A stretch of 64,000 nucleotides of DNA from Eledone cirrhosa (GCA_964016885.1 OZ024742.1:157108001-157172000); one strand, 5' to 3'; counted from the stretch's first letter, positions 22,946-37,684 are shown. Notes: a model not told the origin generated them from the sequence alone. Numbers and translations: made by a program.

Positions 22946-25900
22946 GTTCTTTGTATCTCAGTCATTGATGTTATTTAACTGGAAAGTTTGTTGAAATGAG
23001 TATCAAGCTGCTACCTGCAGCCTCAGATATTCAGGACGTATCGGAGGGTTCTTGCTGTTTCCATCAAGCATGCCCTTTGAAGTATTCCAAAAAGCGGGGC
23101 TGGACTAATCTTCTTTAACCATCCCTGGAAACTCCTTGAGATAGTACCTAGTGCGCCTATGACAATCGGGACCACTTTCACTTCATGGCAGTTCCAAATC
23201 CTTTTTACCTCCCACTTTCAGTCCTGTTATCGGTTAATTTTCTCCCCCCCCCCCCCCTTCTATTGCACTCTCGTGTCGAATGGGCAGGCCACATACACAA
23301 TCAGGCACGATCTTCTTTCCTTGTCCAAAACCACCAGGTCAGGTCTATTGTGTACCAGCTTCTTATCCGTCTTTATCCTAAAATCCCACAGCACCTTCAC
23401 CTGATCGTTTTCTATCACCGACTCTGGCTTATGCTCATACCACTTCTCAGAATGTGGTAAATTGTTTACTTTGCATAGGTGCCAGTGGATCACCCTGCCC
23501 ATCCATCACATCATGTCTCCAGCCTTTATAGTGAGTCTGGGCTAGGTGTTTACACTCGGATACAATGTGAACCACAGTCTCCTGTCTCTCTCCACAGATC
23601 CTACACAGTCTCCTCTCTCTCTCTCCACAGATCCTACACAGTGAGCTAGCCACCTCCTTGTAAATATGGTGTTTCAACCACTTCGTTTTGAGGGCCTGCT
23701 CTTGTGCAGCCATTAGCATTCCTTCTGTAGCCTTTTTAAGGTCTCCTCTTCTCAACCAGTTCCATTTTTGTGGATCTCTGAATTCCGTTGTCTCAATGAA
23801 AGTTCTATGAAGGGATTTTTCATGAAGGTAGCTTGTTATTTTCTCCTTGGACATCCCCTGGTCTATTGTCCTCTCATTCAGTACAATTCTGAACATTGGC
23901 TCCTTACTATCAGTCACGTATTTGTGTAGGTTGTTTTTCTCCATCTGAACACACTCCTCTATGCTGATAAAACCTCTTCCACTTTCAGATCTCCTTAAGT
24001 AGAGTCTATCGACATCACTCCTCTTGTAGAAGGTGTTGTAGATAGTAAATAGCTTCCTAGTCTTCCTATCCATTTCTTTTTGTTCAGCAACATTTCATCC
24101 CAGAATTCCCGCACTGTACCTAATAATAGACACAGCTCGGGAATTTACTGCACTTATGTTATTCCTACTGTTCAGATGTGACTTTAATACGCTCCTTACC
24201 GTCCGAATGTATTCACTTCTTATCAATCCCTTCATTTTTATTGTTCTTGATGTCATCAGCCTCCGGAATACCCAAATACTTGTATACTTCTTCAGTGTCA
24301 ATTTCCGTTATCATCACACATGTTGATACCTGGATTCCGTTTCTTCATCACAAGGACTCCACACTTACTAATACCAAATTGCATACATATATCATTGCTG
24401 AAAATACGGACAATGTCAACAAGCACATCCAACTCCTTCTCACTCTTCCCGAAGAGCTTAAGTTCATCCATGAAGAGGAGGTGATTGATGGTAAGCTCTC
24501 ACTTTTCACAGTATAATAGTCAGGGACATCAGAGGGGACAGACTATCTCCCTGGAAGACACCTCTCTTGATCTTCATGCCTCACAAGGATTCTCCAGCTG
24601 ATGTTATCTCTCTTTTCCAGGACTTCATACTTTTGCTCAACAACTGTCTGATGTTATCTGCCACCTTGAAGATCTCTAGGATTTTGCTGATCAAAGAATG
24701 AGGCACCATGTCAAATGCCTTGTTGTAGTCTATCCATTCCATGGTACGACCATTGTGTCTCCTCTTGTAATTCCTCATTACAATCTTATCAATAAGTAAC
24801 TGGTCATTTGTACCACAGGACTTCTTTCGGCATCCTTTCTGTTCGTCCGGTAACAAGTTGTTTGTGTGGAGGTAATGGTAGATTTCCTCAGACACAATGC
24901 TTGTCCACTGTTTACATATTAGGGACAGACATGTGATAGGTCTATAGTTGGTAACATCATTACCCTTGATTCGGTCTTTCATTACCAGAACTGTGGTACC
25001 TTTTGTCAACCACTCTGGTACCTCACCTGACATCAAGCAGTCATTGAACATGTTTGTCAGTTTCGGGTGGAGGGATGTTACATTTTTAATTCAATGCCCT
25101 TGCTCACCATATGGGCCTGGTGATTTCCAGTAGGTTAGTTTTTTGTCCTGCCCCTTAAGAGTTTCAACTGTGATACTCAATTCAGTTTGTTGGTGTCCCT
25201 GTTCACTAATCTCCTTTTGTACTGTCTCAATCCACACTGCCTGGTCATTATGTTTAACATCCTGCTCCCATATTCCTCTCCAGAATGTCTTAGTTTGTTC
25301 CGCCTCAGGGATCAAGTCGTTGCCTCTTTCTTTCCCTTCAAGCTGTCTAAACAACATCTTCTGGTTTTTGTCAAACATGCGGTTCTGCCTATACTGACTG
25401 ACTCTGCTCTCGTATCGCCTAATATTTGCAGTCTTTGCTACAATGCGTTGCTTCAGTTCCTCTATGATAATATTTAGCTTTTTCCTCCTAGTTTTGTACT
25501 TTATTTCCAGTCTATGTTTTTAGTGTCCCATTCAGTAGGGACTCAAGCTTTCCAATGTCATTTGTCATTTCCCTGATTTGACCATTCAGTCGTTTCTTCC
25601 AACAAGGCTCTGATCTTTCTTTTTTGTTGTTTCCTCTTGCTTTTATGCCAAGTAATTACCTCACCGCATTTGCTGTTGCTTTGAGGATATTGTTGCACTG
25701 GTGAAGGCTCCTCGCCTCAAGGTATGGGATGACTTTGTTTACCTTAGCTTTTGTTTCTTTTAACTTTTTCCTGTCTACAAATCTTAGCTTCATAGTTTTC
25801 CCACTATCATTGTTCATTTCATCTACACTAAGTTTAGGATATCAACCAAATATTGTCCTAGCCCGTCAGCATTCATTTCCTCAATGGCCGTATCTTTGTT

Positions 25901-26120
25901 CCAGGTATTATTGATCTCAGCATTCAGATCATTGTCTGCTTCGGATGGTTCCTCCGTTCTCTTAACCTGTTCACCTTCATTTTCCACAGGCTCGTTTGCC
26001 TGGCATACTCCACTCTCCATTTCCAACATAATCTCTCTGCTCAGTTCCTCCAGTTCCAGTTCGTTTATCCACCCATTAGATTTATTACCCGAGCCTGCCC
26101 GGCCAATTTGTGTTCATCTA
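22946..26120 (-). mobile_element. Dong/R4-clade non-LTR retrotransposon (RT plus REL), decayed
   Basis: WKSPGP, NYRPITCL, EQKGC, DQLLIDK, WIDYNKAFDMVPHS, RGVFQGDSLSPL, HLLFMDELK, CRICG..ETVVHIVSEC, RHD, HNRPDLVV. The 3' end abuts (TAA)n. Confidence 0.9.
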
Positions 26121-26326
26121 ATTTAAATTCGTGAATGTATGGTTACATAACCACCGGTGATTTCATCACCCTAGGTGATTTTAGCGTGGCACTATCACGC
26201 TGTAGACGAATAGAAATAAACAAACAAACAAATAGGTCCCCCCCCCCAAAAAAAAAATAATAATAAAAAAATAAGCATACGTTTAATTGTAATGTAAAAA
26301 AAAATAAGCATAAGTTTCATTGTGAT

Positions 26327-26420
26327 GTAATTGTTTCTAATGTTGGCACAAGGCCAGCAATTACCCAATGCATTACTGGTACTTTATTCTATCGACCCCG
26401 GAAGGAGGAAAGGTAAAGTT
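26327..26420 (-). mobile_element. SINE 3' part
   Basis: rc CTTTCCTCCTTCCGGGGTCGATAGAATAAAGTACCAGTAATGCATTGGGTAATTGCTGGCCTTGTGCC. Confidence 0.8.
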
Positions 26421-26526
26421 TCATTGGAATGTAATGTTTGAATGTCTGACTAAGTTTGTTTTTCTTTTCTTTTTTTCTTTTCTTTACGTTTTTCGTTGCT
26501 GCTGTGCTGTGCTATTATTATTATTA

Positions 26527-29500
26527 CAGTTGCATTTATCATGCTTTATGTTCATAGGAGGTATCACCAAGTCACAACCAGTGACCTCAAGAGACAACAA
26601 GGTCCGCCATGTTCAAGAAAGAACATACATATTCACACATGCATCTTTAGTGTTTAGACTTGTGATGTACTTATATTGACAGAATCTTCCTTAGTATATG
26701 GGCAGTTCCCATTAGTACTATCTTTTGTATTTCTCCTATACGCGGGTTTCCTGGGATTTGCGATAAGTAATCATTAGACCCCTTAGGTATCATTGCTGGA
26801 GCGCCTACAACCACTGGTATTGTTTTAGTTCTCAATTTCCACATTTTTCCAATTTCTATCTCCAGGTCCTTATACTTGCTTAATTTTTCAAATGTTTTTA
26901 TAGATACATTCTTGTCTATTGGAACAGACATATCAATTAGCAGGCATACCCTCTTTTTAAAGTCCTTCAATATTATATCAGGTCTATTTGCATCTATTTT
27001 TCGGTCTGGTTGGATGCTAAAGTTCCACAAGATTGATATGTGATCGTTTTCAAGTATGGGAGGTGGTTGATGCTCCCACCAATTCTTTTGATGGGGCAGG
27101 TCAAAATGCTTACACATTATCCAATGTATGTATTGTGCAGCTCTGTCATGCCTGTTTAGGTATTCGGTTGGAGCTATAGGACTGCACATTGAAATTATAT
27201 GGTCAATGGTCTCTGGTTGGTTTTTGCATACACGGCATAATGGGCTGCATCCATTTTTTATTATGTTGGCTTGGTAATGTTTTGTTGGCTGACACTGATC
27301 TTGTGCTGATATAATCAGTCCTTCAGTCTCCGATTTCAGTCCAGAGGATGCCAACCATTGATGGGTTAAAGTTTTGTCAACATCAGGATTGTTAGCTCGC
27401 TCTGGGTATTTTCCATACAGAGGCTTTTCTTGCCATTTCTTAGCCAGTTTCTGTAGCAGTTCTTTCTTTGCAGTTACTTTTACCTGCTTTGCTTTTTCTA
27501 CGTTTTCCATTTCAGCAGTAAATGGGACTTCTGAAATTTGTAGTCCATTACTGTATCATTGTGCATCTTTTGTAATGGAATATGATCTTTTGATGCTTTC
27601 GTGTTTCAAAACGAGTTTGATCATCCAATCATGTGATTCCCTTAGATATGTTGATAATCCAATTGTTGCAGTTTTCAACGCAATGTCTAACTGGTTTAAC
27701 CCACGTCCTCCTTCTTTCCTAGGGAGATATATTCTATCTATATCTGCCTTAGGGTGATGCATTCTGTGCATGGTTAAGAATTTTCGAATTTTTGTATCAA
27801 GCCTATGGATCTCTGTGCTTGACCAGTTGATGACATTGTAACTGTAGGTTACTACTGGTATGGCAAGCGTGTTTATGCCATCGATCCTATTCCTTGCATT
27901 CAATTCCGTTCTTAAGATTGCTCTTACTCTGCGGTAACATTCCTTCCTTATCCTTTCCCTCATTGTCGAGTGCTTGATTCCGTCTCCTTCACAAACACCT
28001 AGATATTTGTAAGTTTTTTCTTGATCAAGTTCTCTTATCACATCCCCCGATCAAGATTAATGTCTGAACTCCTCAGCAGCTTTCCTCTGGTGAACGTTGC
28101 TTTGGCGCATTTATCTAGTCCAAACTCCATTTTAATGTCATCATTGAACTGCTCCACAACTGCACGTCATTGAACTGCCCTTGCAATTGTTCATTGTTTG
28201 CAAATAGTTCCAGGTCATCCATGTAGAACAAGTGATTAATGGTTTTGTCATAGACTTTATATGCATGTTTTGTTTCATTGAGCATTTTACTTAATGGTAT
28301 AAGCGCGATGCAGAATAAAAGCGGTGATAAAGAGTCACCCTGAAATTAACTTCTCCAGCTTCCAGTAATTTTGTTTCACTATTCAAAAGGAGTGTCGTTT
28401 TCCATGTCTTCATACTGAATGACAAAAACCTCCTGACAACGGGGGATATTTTGAAAATCTCTAAACATTTTTCAATCCAACTGTGTGGCAAACTATCGAA
28501 TGCTTTTTTATAATCTATGCAAGCAATCGATAGATTTTTGTGTCTATTATGACAATCTTCCAGTATCATTTTGTTAACCAGAAGCTGATCCTTACAGCCA
28601 TATGTGCCTCGTTTACACCCTTTCTGCTCAATGGGAAATAGGTCATTTGTTATCAGGTGGTCATATGTGTATTCAGTTAGGACTGATGTTAAAATTTTAT
28701 ACATTGTGGTCAAGCAAGTTATCGGTCTGTAATTTTTGGGATTGTTTGTCTCATCATTCTTCGGAAGCAGGAATGTAATGCCGTTAACTAGCCATGATGG
28801 TAACTTTTCTGGCTCCTTAACTATTTCATTGTAAAGTTGGGCTAACAGCTCATGAGACTCTGTGAAGGCATCTATCCAAAAGTTTTGTATTTTGTCTTTT
28901 CCTGGGGATTTCCATTTGCTGGTTTTTCTTAGAGCCAAGCGCAACTGTTCAACTGTTATATTTTCCCATATTTGTTCCTCAAGCTGAGCTGTATCTTTCA
29001 TTTGTATGTCTATCCATGGGGCATGTATGTTATGAACTTTTTCTTCGGCCCAGATCTTTTCCCAGAATTCTTGCACTTCCTCCTTGGGTGGTATTGATTT
29101 AGCAGTTATTGTTGACTTACCAATTTTTATGTAGAAGTTTATTTGGTTGTTTTTGAACATATTATTGTCCTTGTAGAATCTAGATCGTTTTTCAAAGCGC
29201 CTTGTACGAGCAGCTTTGGCCGACACTTTTTGTTTGATTATTTCTATCAGCATGTCTATGTCACTTGTTGATTTTATACTGTCCTTGTTTTTCAATTTTC
29301 TAAGTTTAGTTTGTTTAACATGTTCACCTACTTTATAGTTTGTTAAAATTTCTATGTCAGATCGGAGAAGGTTTATTTGGCGGTTGATGTTCTCTTGCCA
29401 AGTAGATTTATTGTGGGAATTCCTTTGTTTTTTCATCTTCACTCCACATAAGTGAGTGGTGACTTGGCCGATGCATAATAAAGATGATTTAAATCAGTTA

Positions 29501-30226
29501 TATTTAGTTTGTTTGCGATGATAAAGTTTTTGAGAATTATGTTAGTCTTGTGTATTATCTTTTGGTTCTGTTTGGAGTTCTGGATCTTAGGGAGGGTGTC
29601 TCGTTGCCCCATGTCAGATTCTTTCATTTTCATCCATTCGATCTTAATTTCATCCTTCAAGTTGGCAAGTTCATTCTCATTCATTTCTTTATCATTTACG
29701 ATCTCATTATTTTCATTTGGAGTTGTTTCATCTTGAGCATGCACTCCCTCCACTTTTTCGATCCTTTCTTTAATTTGTTCTGTTGCCAGTGATTCCGCCC
29801 CAACCCTGGGATTCGAAGCGTTACAATTTACCTCGTTTTCACTGACACATGTTTCATTTTCCCTTCGCTGACTTTGTGCTAATAGCTTGATCTGATCAAT
29901 TTCTATATCAGTTAGTAACTTTTTTCTTACAATATTTCTTCGTATATTGGCTAGTTTGTTGCTGTCAATATAGCCTCTGTTTTCGGGATGTTTCTTTTTC
30001 CAGTTGATATATGTCTGTTCTGTATTCGATGTATTTGATGGGTAGTACATGGCAGTGTAGAAAGCCTCAAGGACTTCTTTATTATCTTCCTTTGACCATT
30101 TTTCTCTCTTTTTCTTTGGATTTCTTGGTGGTGAGCATGGAGGGCCAACAGTAGGTGTATTCCGGTTATGGGAGGTCTCCAGCTCCGAAGTGATGGGAAG
30201 GTTTGAACCATTAGCTGATTTTTATT

Positions 30227-30228
<2 letters not shown>
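26527..30228 (-). mobile_element. Near full-length Dong/R4-clade non-LTR retrotransposon inside (TAA)n
   Basis: Consecutive ORF pieces 30210-26671 with KNYRPITCL, IDYKKAFDSLPHSW, YMDDL, CRVC..ETIDHIISMC, RHD, NRPDII, KYKDLEIEI. (TAA)n at 26513-26526 and 30229-30288. Confidence 0.92.
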
Positions 30229-30288
<60 letters not shown>

Positions 30289-30639
30289 GTGTTTTCCTTT
30301 TTCTTCCGTTTCTTTCCATTTGTTGCCGAGTATTTCACGACACCAAAGGCAAGAAAACTCATTGCAAACATTGATAAGCTACAAATCAAAGCCACCAGAT
30401 TGTTCAAGCGACGCACGTTTTCAGAGTTACCGGAATATTAGTTGTCTTATACATGTGTAAATGTTATGTTTAGAATCATATATACAACAGAATGATATTC
30501 AATCATATAAGAGTGCTCAAATATTAACAACTTACATAATTATGAAATATAATCTATTAAAGTTAAATAAAAAATCACATATATGATTATCATTCTCACA
30601 GCAATATTGCTCTTGTCAATATATGTGCCGTACAAGTTA

Positions 30640-31800
30640 AAACAATTTCCTACATTTCTTGCAGTGATGGTAAGCCAGCGCTCGTTCTACAATAATGTTC
30701 TCTTACTTTTCTGATCAATCATAGTGTTGCTATACTGACTGGTATTGTAACCAATTTGAGACGTCAAATATGTTCGATTTCAATCTGCAAGTCTTTATAA
30801 TATCTACACTTTTAAAAATTATTTTGCCCCAATATCTTGTTATTTTAGTCTTTTACAATAATATCCAGTGGGTTAGCGTTTATGTTTCTGTATGTATTAG
30901 AGGAAAGTCCAATAAAATCGTTACAGTTTCGATCTCAGCTGTAGTCTCAGCAGTTTTGATTTGAAAATGCCGACATATTGACCAGTGTTAATATTGACTA
31001 GGAATGTGGAAGAAACATAGTTATGAAAGAACTAAGACAGCAAAGAGACGCAAACACTCTTGATTTATACTCCACTGGTTCTAAAACATTAAATCCAAAG
31101 TTTAATTTGTCCACTCAATCGCGTCATTGTAGACTGTCTGGTTAAAGCGAATTTTTCATATGGAGTGTCCGCTCTTTATATATAAATATTTGTGCCTTAG
31201 TTATGAGCAGTTTGGTTTTGATTTTTGTATTGTTATTTCTATTTTATTGAGATTACTCTTCGTAATATGTGTATAGTTCCAAAACGGGTTGTTTCCAATA
31301 TGCTGTATATGATTGTGTGTCCTAGGGATTTGGGTATGTATCTATATTTGTGTATTTTATCATTCTCAAAGTACCAATTATTGTAGTCATGTTTCTCTTT
31401 GCATCAAACACATTTTGATTATTTCCAAATCCCATTATATGGATAACTTATCTATTTCCTTGGTGGATATAATACCGTAGTTGTTGATAGATACATTAAA
31501 TAGAATACATTTTTTTCCTGTTATTACTTGCATGTAATATCTGGTTCAATAGATTTTTTCTATCTGTCAGTGTATATTGGCATATCACAGAATATGCTTG
31601 CTTTATTATTTTCTGGCATCCTTTATAGTGTATGTTCGTACCACCTTTTTCCGATTATTACTTGTTAAGTTTGGCATAAATTCCAAACTATTTAAATCCA
31701 AATTCTATTATATATGTGGATATAGTCATTTTGGACAAAAGATGGGAAATCAGAGATGTCAGTATAATATTACATATTCAACAGTTACTTAATATATTTC
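30640..31800 (-). pseudogene. Old Dong/R4 REL remnants (two patches)
   Basis: rc gives YKDLQIEIEHI*RLKLVTIPV near 30730-30800, and KWYEH...NKASIFCDMPIYTDR...EIDKL near 31440-31660. Confidence 0.55.
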
Positions 31801-32640
31801 TGGAGGTTTCTGGTGTGGGGGATTTCATCTTATACTGCAATTAGACTTCGTTCAGTTTCAGCTTTTAGTCCAGTGCTTCGTAACGGATTGTGTAGATTGT
31901 GCCTGTTCAATTTTTCCCGATTTAGATTTTCAGCTCTTGGCCCAGTAGAAATGTTTTTTTCTTGTTATTATTATTATTTTAGCACATCCTTCTTGAGATC
32001 TGTTTACAATTTAGATTCCATCTAGTGTCCTAGACATCCAGCATCAAAACAAATTCAATGCACACAGAGCTTAATCAATATTACCGGCCTCAACATCCAC
32101 CACGTCCACAACACATATCACACCCTACATAAAGAAGGCCCTCAACATGACGCACCATATGTAATATACACATAAAGAACAAACACACACAAACATATTC
32201 AACATAATCCCGTAAAAGCTTTCACTATTTAGCTCCAACTATATACCCTCCAGCCACCATACAACAAACAGCCTATAGGCCATGACCACGATAATCAACG
32301 TTATGTACTATATATATAAACATATGTAATTATACTCATAAAAAAAGGAGTTACTTGAACAAAAATAAGATACACTTCTTAATCATACACCGTTGATCTC
32401 ACGAGATCTAGCACGAAATACGAAATACCCCCAAGCCGTATTAAACAGCCACCTGATTGCCAGCAGTACCGGGTAGGATCACAATACACTTTATGGCCAG
32501 AACAAGGGCATACATTGAAAGCTAAGGTTGCGATTATCTGTGTCGAGCAGGTATTAATAATATAATAACACTGTTAATAATATACAGAAACTATCGATGG
32601 TACACTCACAGACAAACACGCACATACACATACACATACA

Positions 32641-32699
<59 letters not shown>

Positions 32700-33519
32700 T
32701 TTAGAATCTGCAAACAGTAACTAAATGAGCACTCAATACTGGCACTTATATTGGGAAAATTAGTTTGTAAGTATTAAATGAAAGTCATTCGACGTTTCAT
32801 TTTGGTAGGTTCCTTTATCTAACCACAGGGGTGAACAACGTATATAATCAACTTAAAATATATAGATTGCGATATATTTTTACATGCCGCCAAAAAGGAT
32901 TTGTTAGTTTCATCATAATGTTTCAAAAATTAAAATTATCTTTGAAGTGCATGTTTGTGATGGTAAGAAGCGAACATATACATATTCTAAATGTACAGTA
33001 AAGTTAGTAGTCTCGGATTTTACAATATCAGATGTCAAGAATTTACGCATCTGGTTATCTATTATCTGATATTCGGTTCTACACAACAAATGGATTCCTA
33101 TATATATTTAAAATAAATATTTATCATATAAATGGCTTATGTAAATGCATAAATGATGTATGGAGTGGAGTGCTTTCCATGACACATCAAAAGCTAAGGA
33201 GAATACTGTTCAGAATTATAGATATACAGTCAAGTATATGAGGGCAAGCATTCTGGATCAAAATATGTTTCTTTTATACATGCATGGTGAATGTATTAAC
33301 AATATTTTCTTATACATAACTAATGAGTAAGTCTAACCGTAAAGTACGTTGATTGCATTCAATCAGGTATATAAGAAAAATATATTTAGTTATCTAAATT
33401 AATACAATCGACAATTATTTGGATTTAATCAATTTAAAAATCAATTTTATTGTGAAATAATAATCAGCTATATACATACGTACATGCATACATACATATA
33501 TGCGTGTATATGTACATGT

Positions 33520-33619
<100 letters not shown>

Positions 33620-34013
33620 CAAAGGTATATATTAAGTTAGAAACTCAAAATAGTCTCATACAATAAAATAGCTGTGGGAAATACATTTTTCCGAGCCGTA
33701 TATTATAATTGAATATAAAAGAAAAACGAACACAGATATATACATATATTTCTTCAAATCGTAAGAGACCAGATTCGCTAAGGTGAAAAGAATACTAACT
33801 ATAGACAATAGGGTTTGCCAGACTGAATTTAGGAATGCATCAAGAAAATAAATACAAACCGTAATGGTGGTAACTACCAATCACACAGATAGCTTAGATA
33901 ATGCTGTTTCGCAAAATTAATTGTGAAGAGGAATACCGATTGGTAGTTACCACAATTCCGGCTAGTATTTATTTTCTTGGTTTATTCTTAAATTGAGTCT
34001 GGCAAACCCTATT
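33620..34013 (-). mobile_element. Imperfect inverted repeat (about 75 bp arms) plus tail between (TA)n tracts
   Basis: 33807-33882 is near rc of 33938-34013. Confidence 0.55.
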
Positions 34014-34141
34014 TATATATATATATATATAAGAGCAATTACAACTTTGTCTGATTTACTCGTTTTATTTACAATCCTTTAAAATTTACAATGGTATTAT
34101 AATGAAATAGTATGATAGAATATTAAATTCTAAGTGTTAAT

Positions 34142-34180
34142 TGAACAAGTACTTTCATGATTTCGCAATCTTCAGGTTCA
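34142..34180 (-). ncRNA. Minimal type I hammerhead (decayed sister copy 36614-36650 on plus strand)
   Basis: Two-arm consensus TGAAC-CTGAAGA-T-TGC-gaaa-GCA-T-GAAA-GTAC-TT-GTTCA. Confidence 0.75.
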
Positions 34181-34761
34181 TAATATGTGTTGACAGTCAA
34201 GTTTGCAATTTTCAACTGTAATGAGATGGGTAAATTTTGTACCTTATATACAGTGAAAAGTGGCTCCAGAATGCTAAATCTTGCAAACTTTATTTCGACC
34301 AATCGGTGTGTAGTTTAACTGAATTACTAAAGCTGATTGGTTTAAGCGTCACGTCTGGTTGAGCATGTCTAACGACCAATAATTAATCCTATCCAAAGCA
34401 TCAATCGTTTTGCTATTTTTAGAAATGATGAAAATAGCATTTTCTAGTAATCATCACCATCAACATCACTTTTATTATTATTATTATTGTTGTTGTTGTT
34501 GTTGTTGTTGTTAGTGGTCGTAGTCGACATGGTCGTAGTCATAGGTCATAGTCATAGTAGAAGTAATACTCCTAAGCGTTATTTTTGTTCATTTAGCTTG
34601 GGTTTGAATTTATCAATACAATTCTTTTCTTTGATTTGTCTCTTGATTTCACTTGGGCTGTGTAATTTGTAGAATGGGAATATTATAAATATTCCCAGAC
34701 CACATGTTGCTAGATGGTTACTTAGGGGTATCTGACGGACATTTGGGACTCTGACATTATT

Positions 34762-36225
34762 TTGAAACCACTATGTATTCACATACCCAGTTTCATCCGG
34801 GATGATATCGACTTCCTGACCCATCTTCACAAAACCACGGAAACGAATTCACTTCTACTCAGTTTTGATGTGGTAAGCCTTTACACCAATATTACACATG
34901 ATTTAGGAATAAAGGCGGTTAAATACTGGGTGGAAAAACATAGAGAAGTGATTCCGATCAGATTCAAAGCGCCATTTATATTAGACGCAGTTAAACCTAT
35001 TCTGGAAAACAACACTTTCTTCTTCAATGGAAAGAATTACATGCAAATTCGAGGCACAGCGATGGGAACGAAATTTGCTCCCGTTTACAAGAACTCTGTA
35101 ATGGAATACTTAGAACAACAACTCCACCAAGAAATAGAGGAAAAATATAGTACTGACTTTAGAAAGTACATTGAAAAATCTTGGAAGAGATACCTTGACG
35201 ACTGTTTCATCATCTGGACAGAATCTCTAGATGCTCTGGATGAGTTCAATATCCTCCTGAATAACCTACATCCATCTCTCCAATTCACAAAAGAGATGAG
35301 TAGGACCAAATTACCATTCCTAGATATAATGATAATCAAAAACGACACCACCATTACCACGGATATATATTATAAACACACAGACACCCATCAATGTCTG
35401 AATTTTACGTCGTGCCATCCACCTCATACAAAACGCAACATCCCATACTGCCTAGCCAGAAGAATTTGTACCATTGTAGAAGATACGAATACCAGGTACA
35501 AACGCCTGACAGAACTAAGAGAATTTTTGCTCAAACAAAAATACCCATCTTTACTTATAGAAAATGGCATACAGCGGGCTATAAAAATACCTATACAACA
35601 ACTTAGGACAACCCAAGGAAGAAGAAACCAAGAACTGGTCATACCATTTATAATGACACACAACCCATGTCACCAGAATATCTTCAACACTGCCAAAGCA
35701 AACCTACAGATCATTGCTCAAAGTAATGAATTAAAAGGCTTAATCACAGATCGATATTTGATTCTTAGTAAAAGACAGCCAACAAATTTGAAGCAATTAC
35801 TAACAAAAGCAAAGTTTGACCTTAACAACAAAGACCAATCATTCACTGTATCTAAATGTAATGATAGTCGATGCGGCACGTGTCAATCCATACACGCCGG
35901 TCAATATTTGAAAACAAAAACTGGAAAAATATTGCCAAATGCAAATATGTTCTGCAAAAGTAGAAATCTAATTTACTGCATTAAATGCCCGAATTGTGAA
36001 GAATTATATGTCGGTCAAACTGGAAATGCACTATCGGAACGTTCACGGGTACACCGTCAGCAAATCAGAGACCCAAATGTCCGTCAGATACCCCTAAGTA
36101 ACCATCTAGCAACATGTGGTCAGGGAATATTTATAATATTCCATTCTACAAATTACACAGCCCAAGTGAAATCAAGAGAAAAATCAAAGAAAAGAATTGT
36201 ATTGATAAATTCAAACCCAAGCTAA
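34762..36225 (+). CDS. PLE RT plus GIY-YIG endonuclease (N-terminally truncated, C-terminal frameshift)
   Basis: SFDVVSLYTNI, GTAMGTKFAP, RYLDDCF, LPFLDI, SCHPPH, CNDSRCGTC, NLIYCIKCPNCEELYVGQTG...RVH. Confidence 0.92.
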   Translation: MKPLCIHIPSFIRDDIDFLTHLHKTTETNSLLLSFDVVSLYTNITHDLGIKAVKYWVEKHREVIPIRFKAPFILDAVKPILENNTFFFNGKNYMQIRGTAMGTKFAPVYKNSVMEYLEQQLHQEIEEKYSTDFRKYIEKSWKRYLDDCFIIWTESLDALDEFNILLNNLHPSLQFTKEMSRTKLPFLDIMIIKNDTTITTDIYYKHTDTHQCLNFTSCHPPHTKRNIPYCLARRICTIVEDTNTRYKRLTELREFLLKQKYPSLLIENGIQRAIKIPIQQLRTTQGRRNQELVIPFIMTHNPCHQNIFNTAKANLQIIAQSNELKGLITDRYLILSKRQPTNLKQLLTKAKFDLNNKDQSFTVSKCNDSRCGTCQSIHAGQYLKTKTGKILPNANMFCKSRNLIYCIKCPNCEELYVGQTGNALSERSRVHRQQIRDPNVRQIPLSNHLATCGQGIFIIFHSTNYTAQVKSREKSKKRIVLINSNPS

Positions 36226-36826
36226 ATGAACAAAAATAACGCTTAGGAGTATTACTTCTACTATGACTATGACTACGACCACTAACAACAACAACCACAA
36301 CAACAACAACAATAATAATAATAAAAGTGATGTTGATGGTGATGATTACTAGAAAATGCTATTTTCATCATTTCTAAAAATAGCAAAACAATTCATGCTT
36401 TGGATAGGATTAATTATTGGTCGTTAGACATGCTCAACCAGCCGTGCGCTTAAACCAATCAGCTTTAGTAATTCAGTGAAACCACACACCGATTGGTCGA
36501 AATACAGTTTGCAAGATTTAGCACCTGGAGCCACTTGTCACTGTATATAAGGTACACAATTTACCCATCTCATTACAGTTGAAAATTGCAAACTTGACTG
36601 TCACCACATATTATGAACCTGAAGATTGCGAAAGCATGATAGTACTTGTTAGAATTTAATATTCTATCATACTATTTCATTATAATACCATTATAAATTT
36701 TAAAGGATCGTAAATAATATGAGTAAGTCAGACAAAGTTGGAAGTCCACTTATAAATATAATCTTCTATACACAATCATACACACCCGTGTATATTTATA
36801 CAAATATATATATACAAATATATATA

Positions 36827-37684
36827 TACAAATGTAAATCTAGCGAGAATATCATTTCGGCGGGTATAAATTAGCGAAACGCAACTTCCATATTGTGCAG
36901 ACAAGCGCTCCATGGATATGAAGAAGAAGATACCAGAGCTATACACATAAGATAAAAAGGTCATACACGCTGACACGATGGTTAAGAATCCATTAACCAC
37001 CATAGCCAATAAGGCGAACAAGCTAAACGGGTCAAACAAAAAGAGATATGATTGAAATATTTACCTGTACCCTCGGGGAAGATGGAATACTCCGAAAATG
37101 TGTTTCTGCAACACCTAAATCAATAATACTGTCTGCTTATAAAAAATAAGCTTTTGGTATAATGATAGAACAAAGCATCGCTTTCTCAACGGCTTTTGTT
37201 CTTCTTGCGCCAAAATCTCGCAGGTTATCAAAGCACATGCGAGATTCTAAGGGGAGGAAACCCGTATTTTGGTCAGTGAATTCAGCATGTGTAGTTATTG
37301 CAAATATTTGAAAAAACCACACAAAACGAATTAAGCTCTCTACCGAGTTGTTTTTTAAATAAACTTAAGCTATTAATCAGTCAATAGAATTAACTAAAAG
37401 CCAAAAAAATTAACTGTTTAATCGCTTGACTTGGGAGATTAATACAAATATAAATTTAGCGAGAATCGCATTTTGGCTGGTAGAAATTAGCGAAACGCAA
37501 CTTCTATATTGTGCAGACAAGGTGCTCCATGGATATGAAGAAGAAGATACCAGAGCTATAAACATAAGTTAAAATGGTCATACACGCTGAGACGAAGCAA
37601 TTAACCACGATAGCCAAAATAGCGAACTAGCTAAACGCGTCAAACAAAATGAGATATGATTGAAATCTGATTGAAATATTAATT

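Larger units (their letters stand above)
34031..36790 (+). mobile_element. Neptune-like PLE, 5' truncated, with about 725 bp inverted pLTR
   Basis: 34031-34755 is near rc of 36062-36751. RT/GIY-YIG ORF in between and a short tail to about 36790. Confidence 0.9.
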
